A stretch of DNA of 62,777 nucleotides, filler included, from Circinaria calcarea (GCA_051942165.1; 37 parts of 37 records of this genome joined end to end with filler, not necessarily neighbours in it); one strand, 5' to 3'. Counted from the whole stretch's first letter, positions 36,007 to 46,906 are shown. Notes: a model not told the origin generated them from the sequence alone. Numbers and translations: made by a program.

Positions 36007-37398
36007 TCACTTCCCCTTCCCCTTCCCCTTTTCCTTGTCCTTGTCCTTGTCCTTATCCCGGGACCCCCTCAACTCCCGTAATTTCCCCCGTATCTCCCGA
36101 ATCTGCTCCTCCAGCTCCAAGACTTCACTTCCCTCGGCCTCCGGCGCGCCCCGAAACTCCAACGGCCTCGGTCGCAGAAACTCCTCGAGGACCTCCTCCG
36201 TCACGTCCTTCCTCCGCTCCCGGAACGCCCGCACATACGCCTGAATCACGCCCACGCATGTCTTCTTCATGTCCCCGCTCTCCATCGCCCCCGTCTCGTA
36301 CGCCACCCGGATGCGCTCGAGCTCCTCGTCATCTTCGAGGAAGAAGGTCAGGTACTGGAACGGGATATCGACCTCGGTGCGGCCGCCAATTTCCCGGTGG
36401 CGCTCCCGCGTATCCTGACCGCCACTAAAGGCGTTGCCGATTTTGCGCTGGATCTGTTTGTCGGTGTCGGCGAGGAAGACGCTGGAGTCCGGGTCGCTGG
36501 CGCTCATTTTGGTTTCGGCGCCGCGGAGGGAGGGCAGGAAGACGGAGTGGATGAGGGCGGGTTTGAGGTAGCCCATCTGGCGGGCGTTATCGCGGCACTG
36601 TCGGAAATAGGGGTCCTGGTCGATGGCGCAGGGGATCAGGCAGGGGATCTTGGCGGTGAGTTTGGGGTGGGACCCGAAGATGAAGGGGAAGGAGGTGGCG
36701 AAGGCGGTAGCGGATTGCAGGGCGGGGAAGAAGAATTCGGCAATGTTGTTTCTGTGGTACACTGGAGTTAGTCGGTATTTTGTAAGAAGAAGAACGGAAG
36801 CCAGAGGAATGTAAGTGGAGTGGTCTTGAGGATACATACTCGCCGCCGAAACCAAACGTGCCTCTGATTTGGTTTTCGGTCGTGCGTTTTCCGAGTATTC
36901 GAACGTTTTTATTGAAAGCAGCGCTGGAGTCACCGTCGACGAAATCGGTATCAATGAAGATGAAGGTTTTCTTGATATCAAAACCTATGGCTACAATATC
37001 TGCGGCGTTTTGGAGGGCAAATTTATGGCAGTCTTCCAGGGACAGTTTTGGCGAGTGATAGAATTTCTCATCGTCTGTCAACATGATAACCAGGGGAACA
37101 TTGAAGACGTCTTGAAGATATCTGGGCAATCATTAGCCTCGGGAATGAATACAGCTTTTGACAGGTATATAATTCGCCCATTCCTACTTTGTAAATTCAA
37201 AAGGGATGGTATGTCCCACATGCATGCTATCACTACTGGGGCCCCTTCCCGTATACAAATAAAACGGTATCCCCTTTTCATACTTGTCCAGTAACAGATC
37301 CAGGTCTCGGTGACTAAAGACCATCCCCCGTCTCATCAGCCGATGTGGCTTGTGGCCCGTCACTTTTTCGAATCGATCCAGAAGAGCCTGGTCGATTG
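36007..37398 (-). CDS. Tryptophanyl-tRNA synthetase, cytosolic type (possibly a divergent paralog), 5'-partial
   Basis: [18 protein letters not shown] (HIGH), [25 protein letters not shown] and AFSGG. Introns 37122-37187 and 36752-36839. Confidence 0.95.
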
Positions 37399-37498
37399 NN
37401 NNNNNNNNNNNNNNNNNNNNNNNNNNNNNNNNNNNNNNNNNNTTAATTAATTAANNNNNNNNNNNNNNNNNNNNNNNNNNNNNNNNNNNNNNNNNNNN

Positions 37499-37608
37499 AG
37501 ACGAGGGCGCTTTCTAGTGACTGAGGAATCTGCGTCTTCCATAGAATTACGAGTGGGTGGACAAGGTCCCTCAGACGTTGTACGATTAGGCGTCCGCGGT
37601 ACTTCCAT
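37499..37608 (-). CDS. N-terminus of a probable large ubiquitin C-terminal hydrolase (USP34-like)
   Basis: MEVPRTP...RNSMEDADSSVTRKRPR resembles the N-terminal motif I recall for this fungal family. Only about 37 codons are visible. Divergently transcribed from POP3. Confidence 0.45.
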
Positions 37609-38196
37609 CACATTGTACCTGCTGCATGTAGCGGGCAAATGCAATGAATGTGAAGGATAGTGAAGGCAGTCGGGACGTAGCTGACGATCTGATGGCGATG
37701 GACAAGGTAGCGGGGGTGTTGATATGTAAGTGAAGCTCGTTCAGCATTCGCGAAGTGACTACAAGGATCAGGATCAGTGCTTCAACGTCAAATCAGGCAG
37801 CGTCTCGCTAAGATAGCTCTAGCGGGGGGCTAAGCTTTGATTGGCGCTCACTTGTGCACGGAATAACAGCCTTACGGATTACCAGTAAAACTTCGCGTTT
37901 GAATTTGAGTTTGAGTTTCAGCCTTTTGGTTGCTGGTCTCGGGCACTAAAGTACTCCGGCTTATTATGTTTATCGATTAGGTAGTCGAACAAGATCGATT
38001 CAGGTAGCCAAATAAATAAAATCTTCTGGGGCATTCGTCCAGTACCGCTGCTGCCGAAGCAGCTAGGGACGTCTTATCACGGGAATATCTTATCCATTTG
38101 TTGAATTCCGTCTGCCAAAGAACCACCGGCTTCGCTTTCACGTGGAAGACGAGATATGCTAGACTACTTTATCCGTCGAAAGTAAAGACGAACAAT

Positions 38197-39094
38197 ATGG
38201 CTGCTCAAGCGACCAAAACAACGTACAGCTTAGATTCACCGTGCACCGAGGTCAATTGGTGAGTTGCACAAGCATCCCGTTACCCCGTTTTGCCACTAAG
38301 TCATCCTGTAGGCCTACGATATCACCTCAAAGCCAAGATGAGATTATGAGGATGCTTTGTAGGTCGGTCTCTCGGACTTGTATGGACTTGTATTCTGCGC
38401 GAGATATGCAGGCCCGTGTCCGTTCGCTGTGCGGTTATAAATCAAGAGTTATTATCAGGTGTCGTTTAGTCTTTCCAAGTGGCCCTGTCGACAGTGATTG
38501 TAGATTTTTCCCTTCTTTGAGTCTGTTAGTGAAGACTTCCTTCGTAATGCTAACCGCTGTTTTAAACTTAATAGTTTGGTAACTCCCATCGGCGAGCACC
38601 GGGCTCAGTATCTTCAGCCATCTAAAGGCAAGCGTACCAAGAAGAAGAAGAAGAAGAAGAAGAAGAAGAAGCTGCTCTCGGCAGATCAAAGGGAGACAAA
38701 AAGAGATACAGCTGGGATTTCAACGCTCAGTCTTGAGCAAAATTTAATCCCACCACCTCCTACGATAGCCTCCTCGTTTGTGATAGGGTTCAACAATGTT
38801 GTACGTTGCTTGGAAGCCGAAGCGCGGAAAACTGCCCCATTTCCTCTACAGGCATCACCTGCGATAGCTGACGTGAATGATGTGCTACGCAAAGTCGATC
38901 ATATCGAGGGATCTATCGAAGCCGAGCCACTGGTAGCTGTCTTTGTTGCCCGCTCTGAACAAATCCCTCTGATGGTTTCGCATTTACCGCTTCTTGTTGC
39001 GACCGCATCTCTTGGAAGGCACACGGAAGTTGCTATCCGGCTGATATCTCTACCAAAGGGTGCTGGTACAAGTCTTAGCGCCGCCTTACAGCTA
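38197..39094 (+). CDS. POP3: RNase P/MRP subunit Pop3, multi-exon, 3'-partial
   Basis: MAAQATKTTYSLDSPCTEVNW|PTISPQSQDEIMRMLC|..TPIGEHR...PSKGKR...PPPPTIASSFVIGFNNVVRCLE...HLPLLVATAS..RLISLPKG. Contains an (AAG)11 poly-Lys tract at 38639-38671. Confidence 0.82.
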
Positions 39095-39194
39095 NNNNNN
39101 NNNNNNNNNNNNNNNNNNNNNNNNNNNNNNNNNNNNNNTTAATTAATTAANNNNNNNNNNNNNNNNNNNNNNNNNNNNNNNNNNNNNNNNNNNN

Positions 39195-39690
39195 GATTAT
39201 TAATTCTATTATTATTAAATTTATTAATTATTTTTTTAAAATAATATTCCGGTTTTAATTCCGATTAAAATATTCGGCCACGACGGTTTATAATTAATAA
39301 ATAAATTCGGGCGAGGTTAAAAAAATTAAAAAAATATATATATTAAAAAAAAGTCCGAGAAAATATAAATTAAAAAAAAAATTATAAATAATTTTTTTCA
39401 GCCTGTTTCCGAATTATTATAAATATAAAAAACTAGAAATAATTAATATAACGCCGGAACCGAATATTATATATTTAGAATTAATAATATTACGGTGAAA
39501 AAAACGGCGATAAAAAGAACCAGAGAGTTATAAATAAATAATATTATTATTATTTTCTTTATTAAATTTTATTCGGACGAACGGGACTTTAACGCGGTAA
39601 ATTTAAATATATAAAATATTTAATATTTTTGAGTCTATAATTATATATAATTACCGACTATATTATTAAGATATCTATTTTCAATAAAAA
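39195..39690. repeat. AT-rich RIP-degenerated repeat relic
   Basis: Extreme TpA richness and near absence of CpA/TpG, with residual C/G mostly in CCG/CGG. Sharp boundary with normal-GC DNA. Confidence 0.8.
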
Positions 39691-40104
39691 CCGGCTTTGC
39701 CGAACCAGCCAAAAACAAGCACATGTTATGATTGGAGCGCTTGGAGAAGGTAGCGGGGAAACAATACTAATTGGGCGCATTATTTGCTCCACATCTCAGC
39801 GATTCCCCGAGCATTCTACACGCATAGTGTTATATAGTATCACAGTAGCCTTCATCATACATTCCGATATAGACCGTCGACCCTATTGAAGACAGTAGCG
39901 CCCACCCTGTAATGCCCCTCCTTTCTTGTAATATATCTCCTTTTCTGAAGCTATATCAGCTAGTCTCGCAAACCACTGTTGAAATTAGGCGAGTTCATGG
40001 GTCTAGAATGGAAATACGACAGATGTGGCGGAAATAGTGGAAGGTTCGAGTCTTGTCATGCGGCTTCACAGGGGGCGGCATGGATGATGAGGTTCTGCCG
40101 ACTA

Positions 40105-40210
40105 CAAAGGAGTTCGTATTAAGTCTCGCACTATGGCCGGCGAAATTTGGTGAGGGAAATTGCTTAATTTCTACTTACCCATAGTGCGAGACTTAATACG
40201 ACCTCCTTCG
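40105..40210. mobile_element. MITE copy 1 (about 106 bp, TIRs of about 32 bp)
   Basis: CAAAGGAGTTCGTATTAAGTCTCGCACTATGG ... CCATAGTGCGAGACTTAATACGACCTCCTTCG, with TA on the left flank. Confidence 0.8.
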
Positions 40211-40362
40211 TCCTATGAAAATTGAGATTATATATATCAATTAACCATCATAACAATGGTTCAAAAACTTAATCACCTGAAATAACCACCTTCTAACGCC
40301 TCCAAGATATCCTGCGATACGTGCAGATATTACCTCCATTATATAACGGCCTCATTCTTCTA

Positions 40363-40480
40363 CGAAGGAGTTTGTATTGAGTTTGTGACTATGGGCCACC
40401 AAAATTTGGTGTGATTTAGACGAGCTTGACACAGCAAATTTCGGTAGCCCGTAGTCACAAACTTAATACGAGCTCCTTCG
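40363..40480. mobile_element. MITE copy 2 (118 bp, same family, TA target-site duplication)
   Basis: TA|CGAAGGAGTTTGTATTGAGTTTGTGACTATGGGC ... GCCCGTAGTCACAAACTTAATACGAGCTCCTTCG|TA. Shares internal AAATTTGGTG with copy 1. Confidence 0.85.
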
Positions 40481-40683
40481 TATAATCACCTATTTCACTC
40501 CGAACCTCAGAACCTTCATCACCCGTGCCGCCCCCTCTGGCGCTATGTATAGAGGCTTTTACCCATAGTGCTTTTCTGCAGTTCGCGTATTCTTGACATA
40601 TATATCCATGCCTGTTCCACACTATATTTTCAACAACCACGAGCTTCGACTTACGATCTTCGACTCAATCTACGTTCCTCAAA

Positions 40684-40789
40684 ATGAAGGCCACATTCAT
40701 CTTCGCCCTTTTTGCTCTCCCTTTTGCGTTCGCCAAAGAAGGCGATTCCTGTACCTACAACGGTCTTAAAGGCACTTGCAGGAATGTAA
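40684..40789 (+). CDS. Small secreted cysteine-containing protein, N-terminus (not in the ORF track)
   Basis: AAAATG context, then MKATFIFALFALPFAFA-KEGDSCTYNGLKGTCRNV. TATA-like TATATA at about 40599. Confidence 0.7.
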
Positions 40790-40889
40790 NNNNNNNNNNN
40801 NNNNNNNNNNNNNNNNNNNNNNNNNNNNNNNNNTTAATTAATTAANNNNNNNNNNNNNNNNNNNNNNNNNNNNNNNNNNNNNNNNNNNN

Positions 40890-41045
40890 AATAATTAATA
40901 TATATATTATTTAAACTAATAATTAATATATATATTATTTAAATTAATAATTAATAAGTATTTATATTTATTTAAGCGATAATTAGCTTATAATTTATTA
41001 AGATTTTTATTTAAAAAATATTTTTTTTATATTTAAATTAATTGA
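40890..41045. repeat. AT-rich RIP-like relic with a short tandem duplication
   Basis: Almost entirely A/T; TAATTAATATATATATTATTTAAA is repeated. Confidence 0.75.
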
Positions 41046-41299
41046 GACCATGAGAAACAACTGGATCTATATAGAAGCTTCATAACAGGGGCCCGGACTG
41101 AGGCACCGAAAGTACTATGAGCACCACCATCTCGGTGTGTCAGAGTACTTAGTTACGTGATCTCGGTGCGCCTTCCCTAAACATCTGGGAGCCATGTCAG
41201 GCCGTAAAACAGGGTTAAACCAAGGATGGACGGGTCGTCCTAATTTAGTTTAGACCATAAAATCGCAACTTCAAGAAAATCATAATGCACTATCCTCAA

Positions 41300-41570
41300 T
41301 TCTTTACCTGGAAACCCATTGGCATCTAGGATTGAAGATGTAAATATACTTGATGTTATTATAAGATCTGTTACTTACTATTTAAATCTTTCGACAACTT
41401 CGAGACGACATTAATTCTAGAACGTCACTCCACCACTTATATACCGTGCTCGGCCCTTAAAGCATGGGGGATCTTCTTTAAAATGATTTCTCAGCTGCCC
41501 AACGAGGCCGTCGTCACCTTACCCAACTCCTATCACCAAGGATTCAATGCGGGCTATAGTTTGGCTAGGA
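41300..41570 (+). pseudogene. Degenerate JmjC-domain gene remnant
   Basis: 41423-41566 reads RHSTTYIPCSALKAWGIFFKMISQLPNEAVVTLPNSYHQGFNAGYSLA, matching the JmjC C-terminal motif Q.PGE.VVT.P..YHxGFNxG. Upstream ASRIED may be a decayed HxED. The flanking frames are broken. Confidence 0.7.
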
Positions 41571-42584
41571 CACCAAAACTGCGAAGAATCATATTGAATT
41601 TTATATACACAATGAGATTTACCATCTGAAGCTCCAGGCTATGTAACTGTTCATCGGCTTATACAGTTTATCTTTAGAGATTACCGAAATGATGGCCGTT
41701 GCCCAGCTGCAAGGTATCGCCGCTAATTATTATGGCGCTTGCCTTCGAGGTCCGATACTATACTCCTATATACGATAAACCTTACTGACGATTAGCGTAG
41801 ATATCATATACAACAAAACCTACTACTATTACTCGACCTGCAACTATCCTCTCTACCGACACTACCCAAGCGGTCACGAATACAGCCACTTCGAGCAGAT
41901 ACTACGCTTCGTAATCTCGGGCTAGACCCCGACGATAAAAATCAGTACGCTAATTAAGGAATACTCTGTCTATTCGAGAGAAATCAAGGCGCGAATCGAA
42001 TACACCGAATACTCGACGGCCATCTATAATAATTATTATAATATCACTCGCTTCCGCGAGAAATGGTTCGAAGAGCACAAGGTAGAATATCCGCGCCATA
42101 AGTTTTATCGGTCGATCGATCCGCCGTATTATTATGTCAAGCCTCTTTTAAGTTTAGCTTGTGCCTGTTTGGAGATCCAGGGGGGAGTTTCGCATTGCGA
42201 AAGGTATTCCGATTATAAATATCATTCTCATACAAGACTGGTCGTGTTATTGACCCTTGCTCGCACAGTACTTCACGTCAACCTAAAGCTATACGCTTAT
42301 CAAACCTGCAAACTAGAATACGGCGCCTCTCAATAGCTTTATCAAAACTGCATAGATGATGAAGTCCTGGAACATCTCTCGCACGACTTCACATGCTACA
42401 CCATTTGCCGAACTATAGACCGTCCCGACGACATTAATATTTAAAGAAAAAGTTTGTGGCGCTGCGAACTCTGTCCCTTCGGTANNNNNNNNNNNNNNNN
42501 NNNNNNNNNNNNNNNNNNNNNNNNNNNNTTAATTAATTAANNNNNNNNNNNNNNNNNNNNNNNNNNNNNNNNNNNNNNNNNNNN

Positions 42585-44179
42585 ACTTACAAACATTGCA
42601 GCGCAGAATACGCCGAATAGGATGTAGGTCTGCCATTTGATGTTGACGAAAGCGGGTGGTACAAAGTAGCCAAGCGCAAAGTTAAAGGCCCAATTAGCTG
42701 ATGTTGCAAGTGCAACAGCCTTGCCTCGGACACGGAGCGGGTAGAGTTCAGGGGGGTATATCCAGGAAACTGGACCCCACGTTGGCGCATACGAAGCCAC
42801 GAACAGGTAAGAGCAAGCAATGACCGCTTTAGACGGTGGGCCGGTAACTGACCACGAGGCCGCAGGGGTATTGTTCACACCTCCAGGACCGGCGTAGTGA
42901 CCATATGATGCGAGAATGCCTCCATTGGCGAAGAGCCACGTCATCATTAGCGCTGCTCCCACGAGAAGAGTTGGCCGACGTCCCCAACGGTCCACGTAGA
43001 GAAGGGCAGGTATGGTCATTATCACATTGATAACGTATTGGATGGAAGAAGAGACCAGTAAGTTATTGCCAGTCAGGCCAGCCCTAAACGTCGTTAAAAA
43101 TGTTATAACGGATAGAGGAAAAGTCCGTACATTGCAAATACGTAGGTGATATAGTACATCCTATACACAATCATCAATATGTGATCTCCCTTTCAGCAGA
43201 TAATGGGCAACACGCACATTACGTTCATGCCAGTAAGCTCTAGTCTCAGATATTAGTCAACAGATAATGCAGGAGTTTGGGCAAGGGGGAAAATCATACG
43301 TGACCAGATCTGTGTGAATACGCCAATGTGAGTTCGGTTGATCATGTTTGGCTTGAGAAGTTCAAGATATGTAACATCGGCATTGTTACGCTCGAACTCG
43401 CACATCTCCCTGATTTCTTGTAGTTCTCGCAAAACAAAGGGCGCCGTTCTATCGCCTTTTCCATGCACCAGAGTAAGTACGTTGTGGCAATCTTCCCATC
43501 GGTCTTTTCGTGCTAGCCAGCGGGGAGATTCTGGAAGGAAGATCATGCCGGCGAAGAGAATGATTGCAGGAATCATCTGGAGACCCCATGGTACACGAAA
43601 TGCTGCTGGACCCTCGATAAAAGAGCTTCCGTATGAGATACTGGCCGACGGTTAGCCATTTTCGCTTTGCCAAGTTGATGTACCAGCACGGACTAAAACA
43701 TGATCAATATACCCCACGTGATAGCCCATTGCTGGGCGCCGACCAGACGACCACGTTTACTGGGTGGAGCTAATCTACTTGCTATCAGCAGGAAAACCCC
43801 TAAACCTGCCGTCAAATGGTCTCCTACTCGGAAATGTAGACCGGGACTTGAGCCGAGCAGATGCCGACGCAGAACCTGGGCTCTGTAAGCCTGTGCAATT
43901 CACCAGCTGTCGATCCAAGACCTACCCATTGATAAGACGGCCAACAATGAGCATGCCGATATTCTGCGATGCGCAAGTAATGGTCGACCCAATGCACCTA
44001 GCAGCAAACGTGAGCAATGCTTTCTTCTTCCGCGTCAGGATACGCCTCGGCACTAACCAGATGATGGCGGCTATCATAATCGCTTTCTTCCGACCCAGAA
44101 TATCCGAAATGAAGCCGGAGACCAAGGCACCCAGCCACGAGCCGCCCGCCATGGCCGCTGTGATGCCTCCTTGGACATC
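42585..44179 (-). CDS. MFS sugar porter, high-affinity glucose transporter (HGT1-like), internal fragment, intron-rich
   Basis: VQGGITAAMAGGSWLGAL..SDILGRK, CSAQVPVYISELAPPSKRGRLVG.QQWAITWG, PESPRWL, QLTGMNVMMYY, VDRWGRR and WGPVSWIYPPELYPLRVRGKA. Confidence 0.95.
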
Positions 44180-44279
44180 NNNNNNNNNNNNNNNNNNNNN
44201 NNNNNNNNNNNNNNNNNNNNNNNTTAATTAATTAANNNNNNNNNNNNNNNNNNNNNNNNNNNNNNNNNNNNNNNNNNNN

Positions 44280-44789
44280 GTTCCAAGTCTACGCTCAGCG
44301 AGATCGAGATCGGAGGTAATATCTCTCCTACTATTTAGAAAAAGCTTTGTTCTCACGCGTATTCTCTCATTAGGCGGCGATGTTCAATCGCACATTCTAC
44401 AGATTGTTCTGGACCCAGCGGCGTGTACAGCGGAGGTATACGCACACAATAACCGGCTGCTAGCAACGTTGATTTTGGGCGAAGGAAGACAAAGATCCTA
44501 CGCGGACGACTACGACTCACCTCCTGACAACACTAAGATCCTCAATGCTATGCATGCCCAGATAATGCAGATGGTAAAAGAGAAGGAAAACATGGAGGAA
44601 GAGATGAGGCAGCGGATAGAGCAGGCAGAGCAAGAGACGAGGCAGCGGATAGAGCAGGCAGAGCAAGAGATGAGGCAGCGGATAGAGCAGGCAGAGCAAG
44701 AGATGAGGCAGCGGATAGAGCAGGCAGAGCAAGAGAAGGAAGCCATGAGATATCAGACGGAGCAAATGCTGGAATCTATGAAGCGTTAG
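44280..44789 (+). CDS. Hypothetical protein C-terminus with a repeat-built coiled coil
   Basis: Open frame ending ..(EMRQRIEQAEQ)x4..EQMLESMKR*. Upstream exon structure is uncertain. Confidence 0.5.
   Translation, partial: VPSLRSARSRSEVISLLLFRKSFVLTRILSLGGDVQSHILQIVLDPAACTAEVYAHNNRLLATLILGEGRQRSYADDYDSPPDNTKILNAMHAQIMQMVKEKENMEEEMRQRIEQAEQETRQRIEQAEQEMRQRIEQAEQEMRQRIEQAEQEKEAMRYQTEQMLESMKR
44601..44732 (+). repeat. 33-bp tandem repeat, 4 copies
   Basis: GAGA(T/C)GAGGCAGCGGATAGAGCAGGCAGAGCAA at 44601, 44634, 44667 and 44700. Confidence 0.95.
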
Positions 44790-45002
44790 ACGAGGTTCCA
44801 CATCATGCTCAACTTTGGGGAGCCTGAGCGGACTAAGATATTGGATTTGGAGTCGAGGTGCAAGCGATATATGAAGGAAAGCGATCTAGATATATAATAG
44901 ACATACTTTCTCGATCGAAATCCTCTTGTTTTAGACTGAGACTTGTTAAGATTGTGCGGCGTGGTGCTGCGTGGAAACTTCATGGGTGTATCTAATCCTG
45001 AT

Positions 45003-45873
45003 CAGGGCATCCAAACTGACCACACGCACTGCACGGACTGCTTACTATGCAACCAGTGCAGCCAGTGCATATCCTTTTGTACGCACTGGCAGATGAAGTT
45101 ATACGCATTGCACTGCACCAGCGCAGCCAGTCCAAAATAATTAATTTATTGTATAGTCCGACGAAAATGGAACGACATCGACTTACCTCCTGGATTTGGC
45201 AACATGATGCGTCTGACAGGCCCAGCGGCTACGCATTCCATCAATTGGAGGGCAAGGATGCATCGAAACGCAAATACTGTGCCGAGAAGTCGTGGCTAGT
45301 GGTTAAGATGTAAAATCTTACATCAAAGAAGGGGGAATTCGCTGCATCAGGGATCATCTGGCCAAGCAATATAAGATTATGAGACCGGAAGGGTCAGAAG
45401 AGGACGAAAAGGAGGATATAACACTTACAGACACTCGGATCGGCCGAGCGATGGCTCGAGCGGCGGCCCGACCAGCAGCAGAACCCTCGATCATGAAGCT
45501 GGATGAGGTCGAAGAAGATCGGATCCAAGAGCTATTTCTCGATTCTATTACAGACTGCCAGCTTCCCATGTGTCTCGTGCAGAAGCCGTTCTTTTGACGA
45601 TTGATACGATATATCAATCCGTACGCAGAAGATCGCCTGCCCAAGTTCCCCAGCATTATTAAGGCCGACCTGGACACACGGTACACCGAGACAAAAGGGA
45701 AGGTCGTGGTCTTGCTTGGCGAAGTGAGGTTCAAGATACATATCGCGGTGGATGCATGGTCCAGTCCAAATGGACATGCTATGCTTGGGGTGACTGCGAG
45801 ATGAACTGACTGGAAGAGGCGGCAATGTATGCTGGGACTGCAAGAATTGCAGGGTACGCACACAGGGCAGAGT
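45003..45873 (+). mobile_element. Defective hAT-superfamily DNA transposon (5' part, transposase pseudogene)
   Basis: TSWIWQH (start of a BED finger), then LPMCLVQKPFF*RLIRYINP...KIHIAVDAWSSPNGHAMLGVTAR*..LGLQELQGTHTG (first catalytic Asp motif). In-frame TGA at 45595 and 45802. Putative left end CAGGGCATCC at 45003 with TGCAC/GTGCA subterminal repeats. Confidence 0.85.
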
Positions 45874-45973
45874 NNNNNNNNNNNNNNNNNNNNNNNNNNN
45901 NNNNNNNNNNNNNNNNNTTAATTAATTAANNNNNNNNNNNNNNNNNNNNNNNNNNNNNNNNNNNNNNNNNNNN

Positions 45974-46906
45974 GTAGAAATCGCCCAACGTGTCTTCTCA
46001 GCTCCTGTCATTGATGACAGTGACACGAGGACTTTACCGCCTCTGAGTTCAGAGGAGCCACGAACCGACACAGCTGTCGATGATTCTACGAAGCCGGCTG
46101 CAGAACCGGCTGTAAAACCAACTGCAGAACCGAATCCTACAAATTCGGCCAATGAATCCTCCGGTCGAGCTACCAGTATTGAGCCTGTCTCCGCTCGTAT
46201 CGCACCTCCAACATCTATTGAGACGTCAGCCAAAGATACTACATCCAAAGACATCTCATCTCCACCCAGCTCCCCTACGAAGGCTGAGTCTGGAAAAGGT
46301 CTCTCTTCTTGGCTGAAGACGAAATTCCTCCGTAGCGGCAAGAGTAAAGTCACCAAGCCCGCGCTTGAAGCTCCTCTAGACAATTCCGAACCTACCAGTA
46401 CCACTCCTGCGAAGCTATCCTCAACTGACAACGCGGCGATAGCCCCAGTCGAAACTGCGGATACTACTACGACCCCCGGCGCATCCTCCGCCCGCGAAGT
46501 CGCCATGGCTGGTCGGGACTCACTCGAGCAAACACAGTCGCACCCCACCGCTCTCACCTCCCACCCAGTCGTCTCCCGTTCCCGGTCGACCTCCATCAGT
46601 TCGCTCTCCAGCGACGAGCCCACCAGTACCACCGATGCTGCAGCAGCTCACTCCACGGAAGAACGTGGTCGTAGCCGCAGCCTCCGACTCGCCAGGACAG
46701 GTAGTACGGATGACGGACATGGAGACGGGTATGTAGTCCGCCCGCATGGTTCGGAAGAGGCAGAGGGGGATGCAGCGGCAGACGAGTCAGGAGAGGAAGA
46801 GTTTGGGGACGCGAGGGAGTTGCCGCTCCCGAGTTTCGCAAGAGAAGGCGAGGGCAGGTTGGGGGAGAGCCCGGTCCGGGATAGCAGGTTTGTGGAAGAT
46901 CTGTAA
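45974..46906 (+). CDS. C-terminal disordered region, probably eisosome protein 1 (Eis1-like)
   Basis: Open frame from the contig start with GLSSWLKTKF, SAREVAMAG, SISSLSSDE, EEFGDARE and terminal SPVRDSRFVEDL*, as I recall for filamentous-fungal Eis1 tails. Confidence 0.55.
   Translation, partial: VEIAQRVFSAPVIDDSDTRTLPPLSSEEPRTDTAVDDSTKPAAEPAVKPTAEPNPTNSANESSGRATSIEPVSARIAPPTSIETSAKDTTSKDISSPPSSPTKAESGKGLSSWLKTKFLRSGKSKVTKPALEAPLDNSEPTSTTPAKLSSTDNAAIAPVETADTTTTPGASSAREVAMAGRDSLEQTQSHPTALTSHPVVSRSRSTSISSLSSDEPTSTTDAAAAHSTEERGRSRSLRLARTGSTDDGHGDGYVVRPHGSEEAEGDAAADESGEEEFGDARELPLPSFAREGEGRLGESPVRDSRFVEDL

Noticed and set aside
38362..38573. Long POP3 intron as a possible snoRNA host
   Set aside because: No convincing C/D or H/ACA box pair with terminal stems.
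45922..46632. 236-aa minus-strand ORF
   Set aside because: Antisense to the open plus-strand frame that carries the conserved C-terminal motifs.
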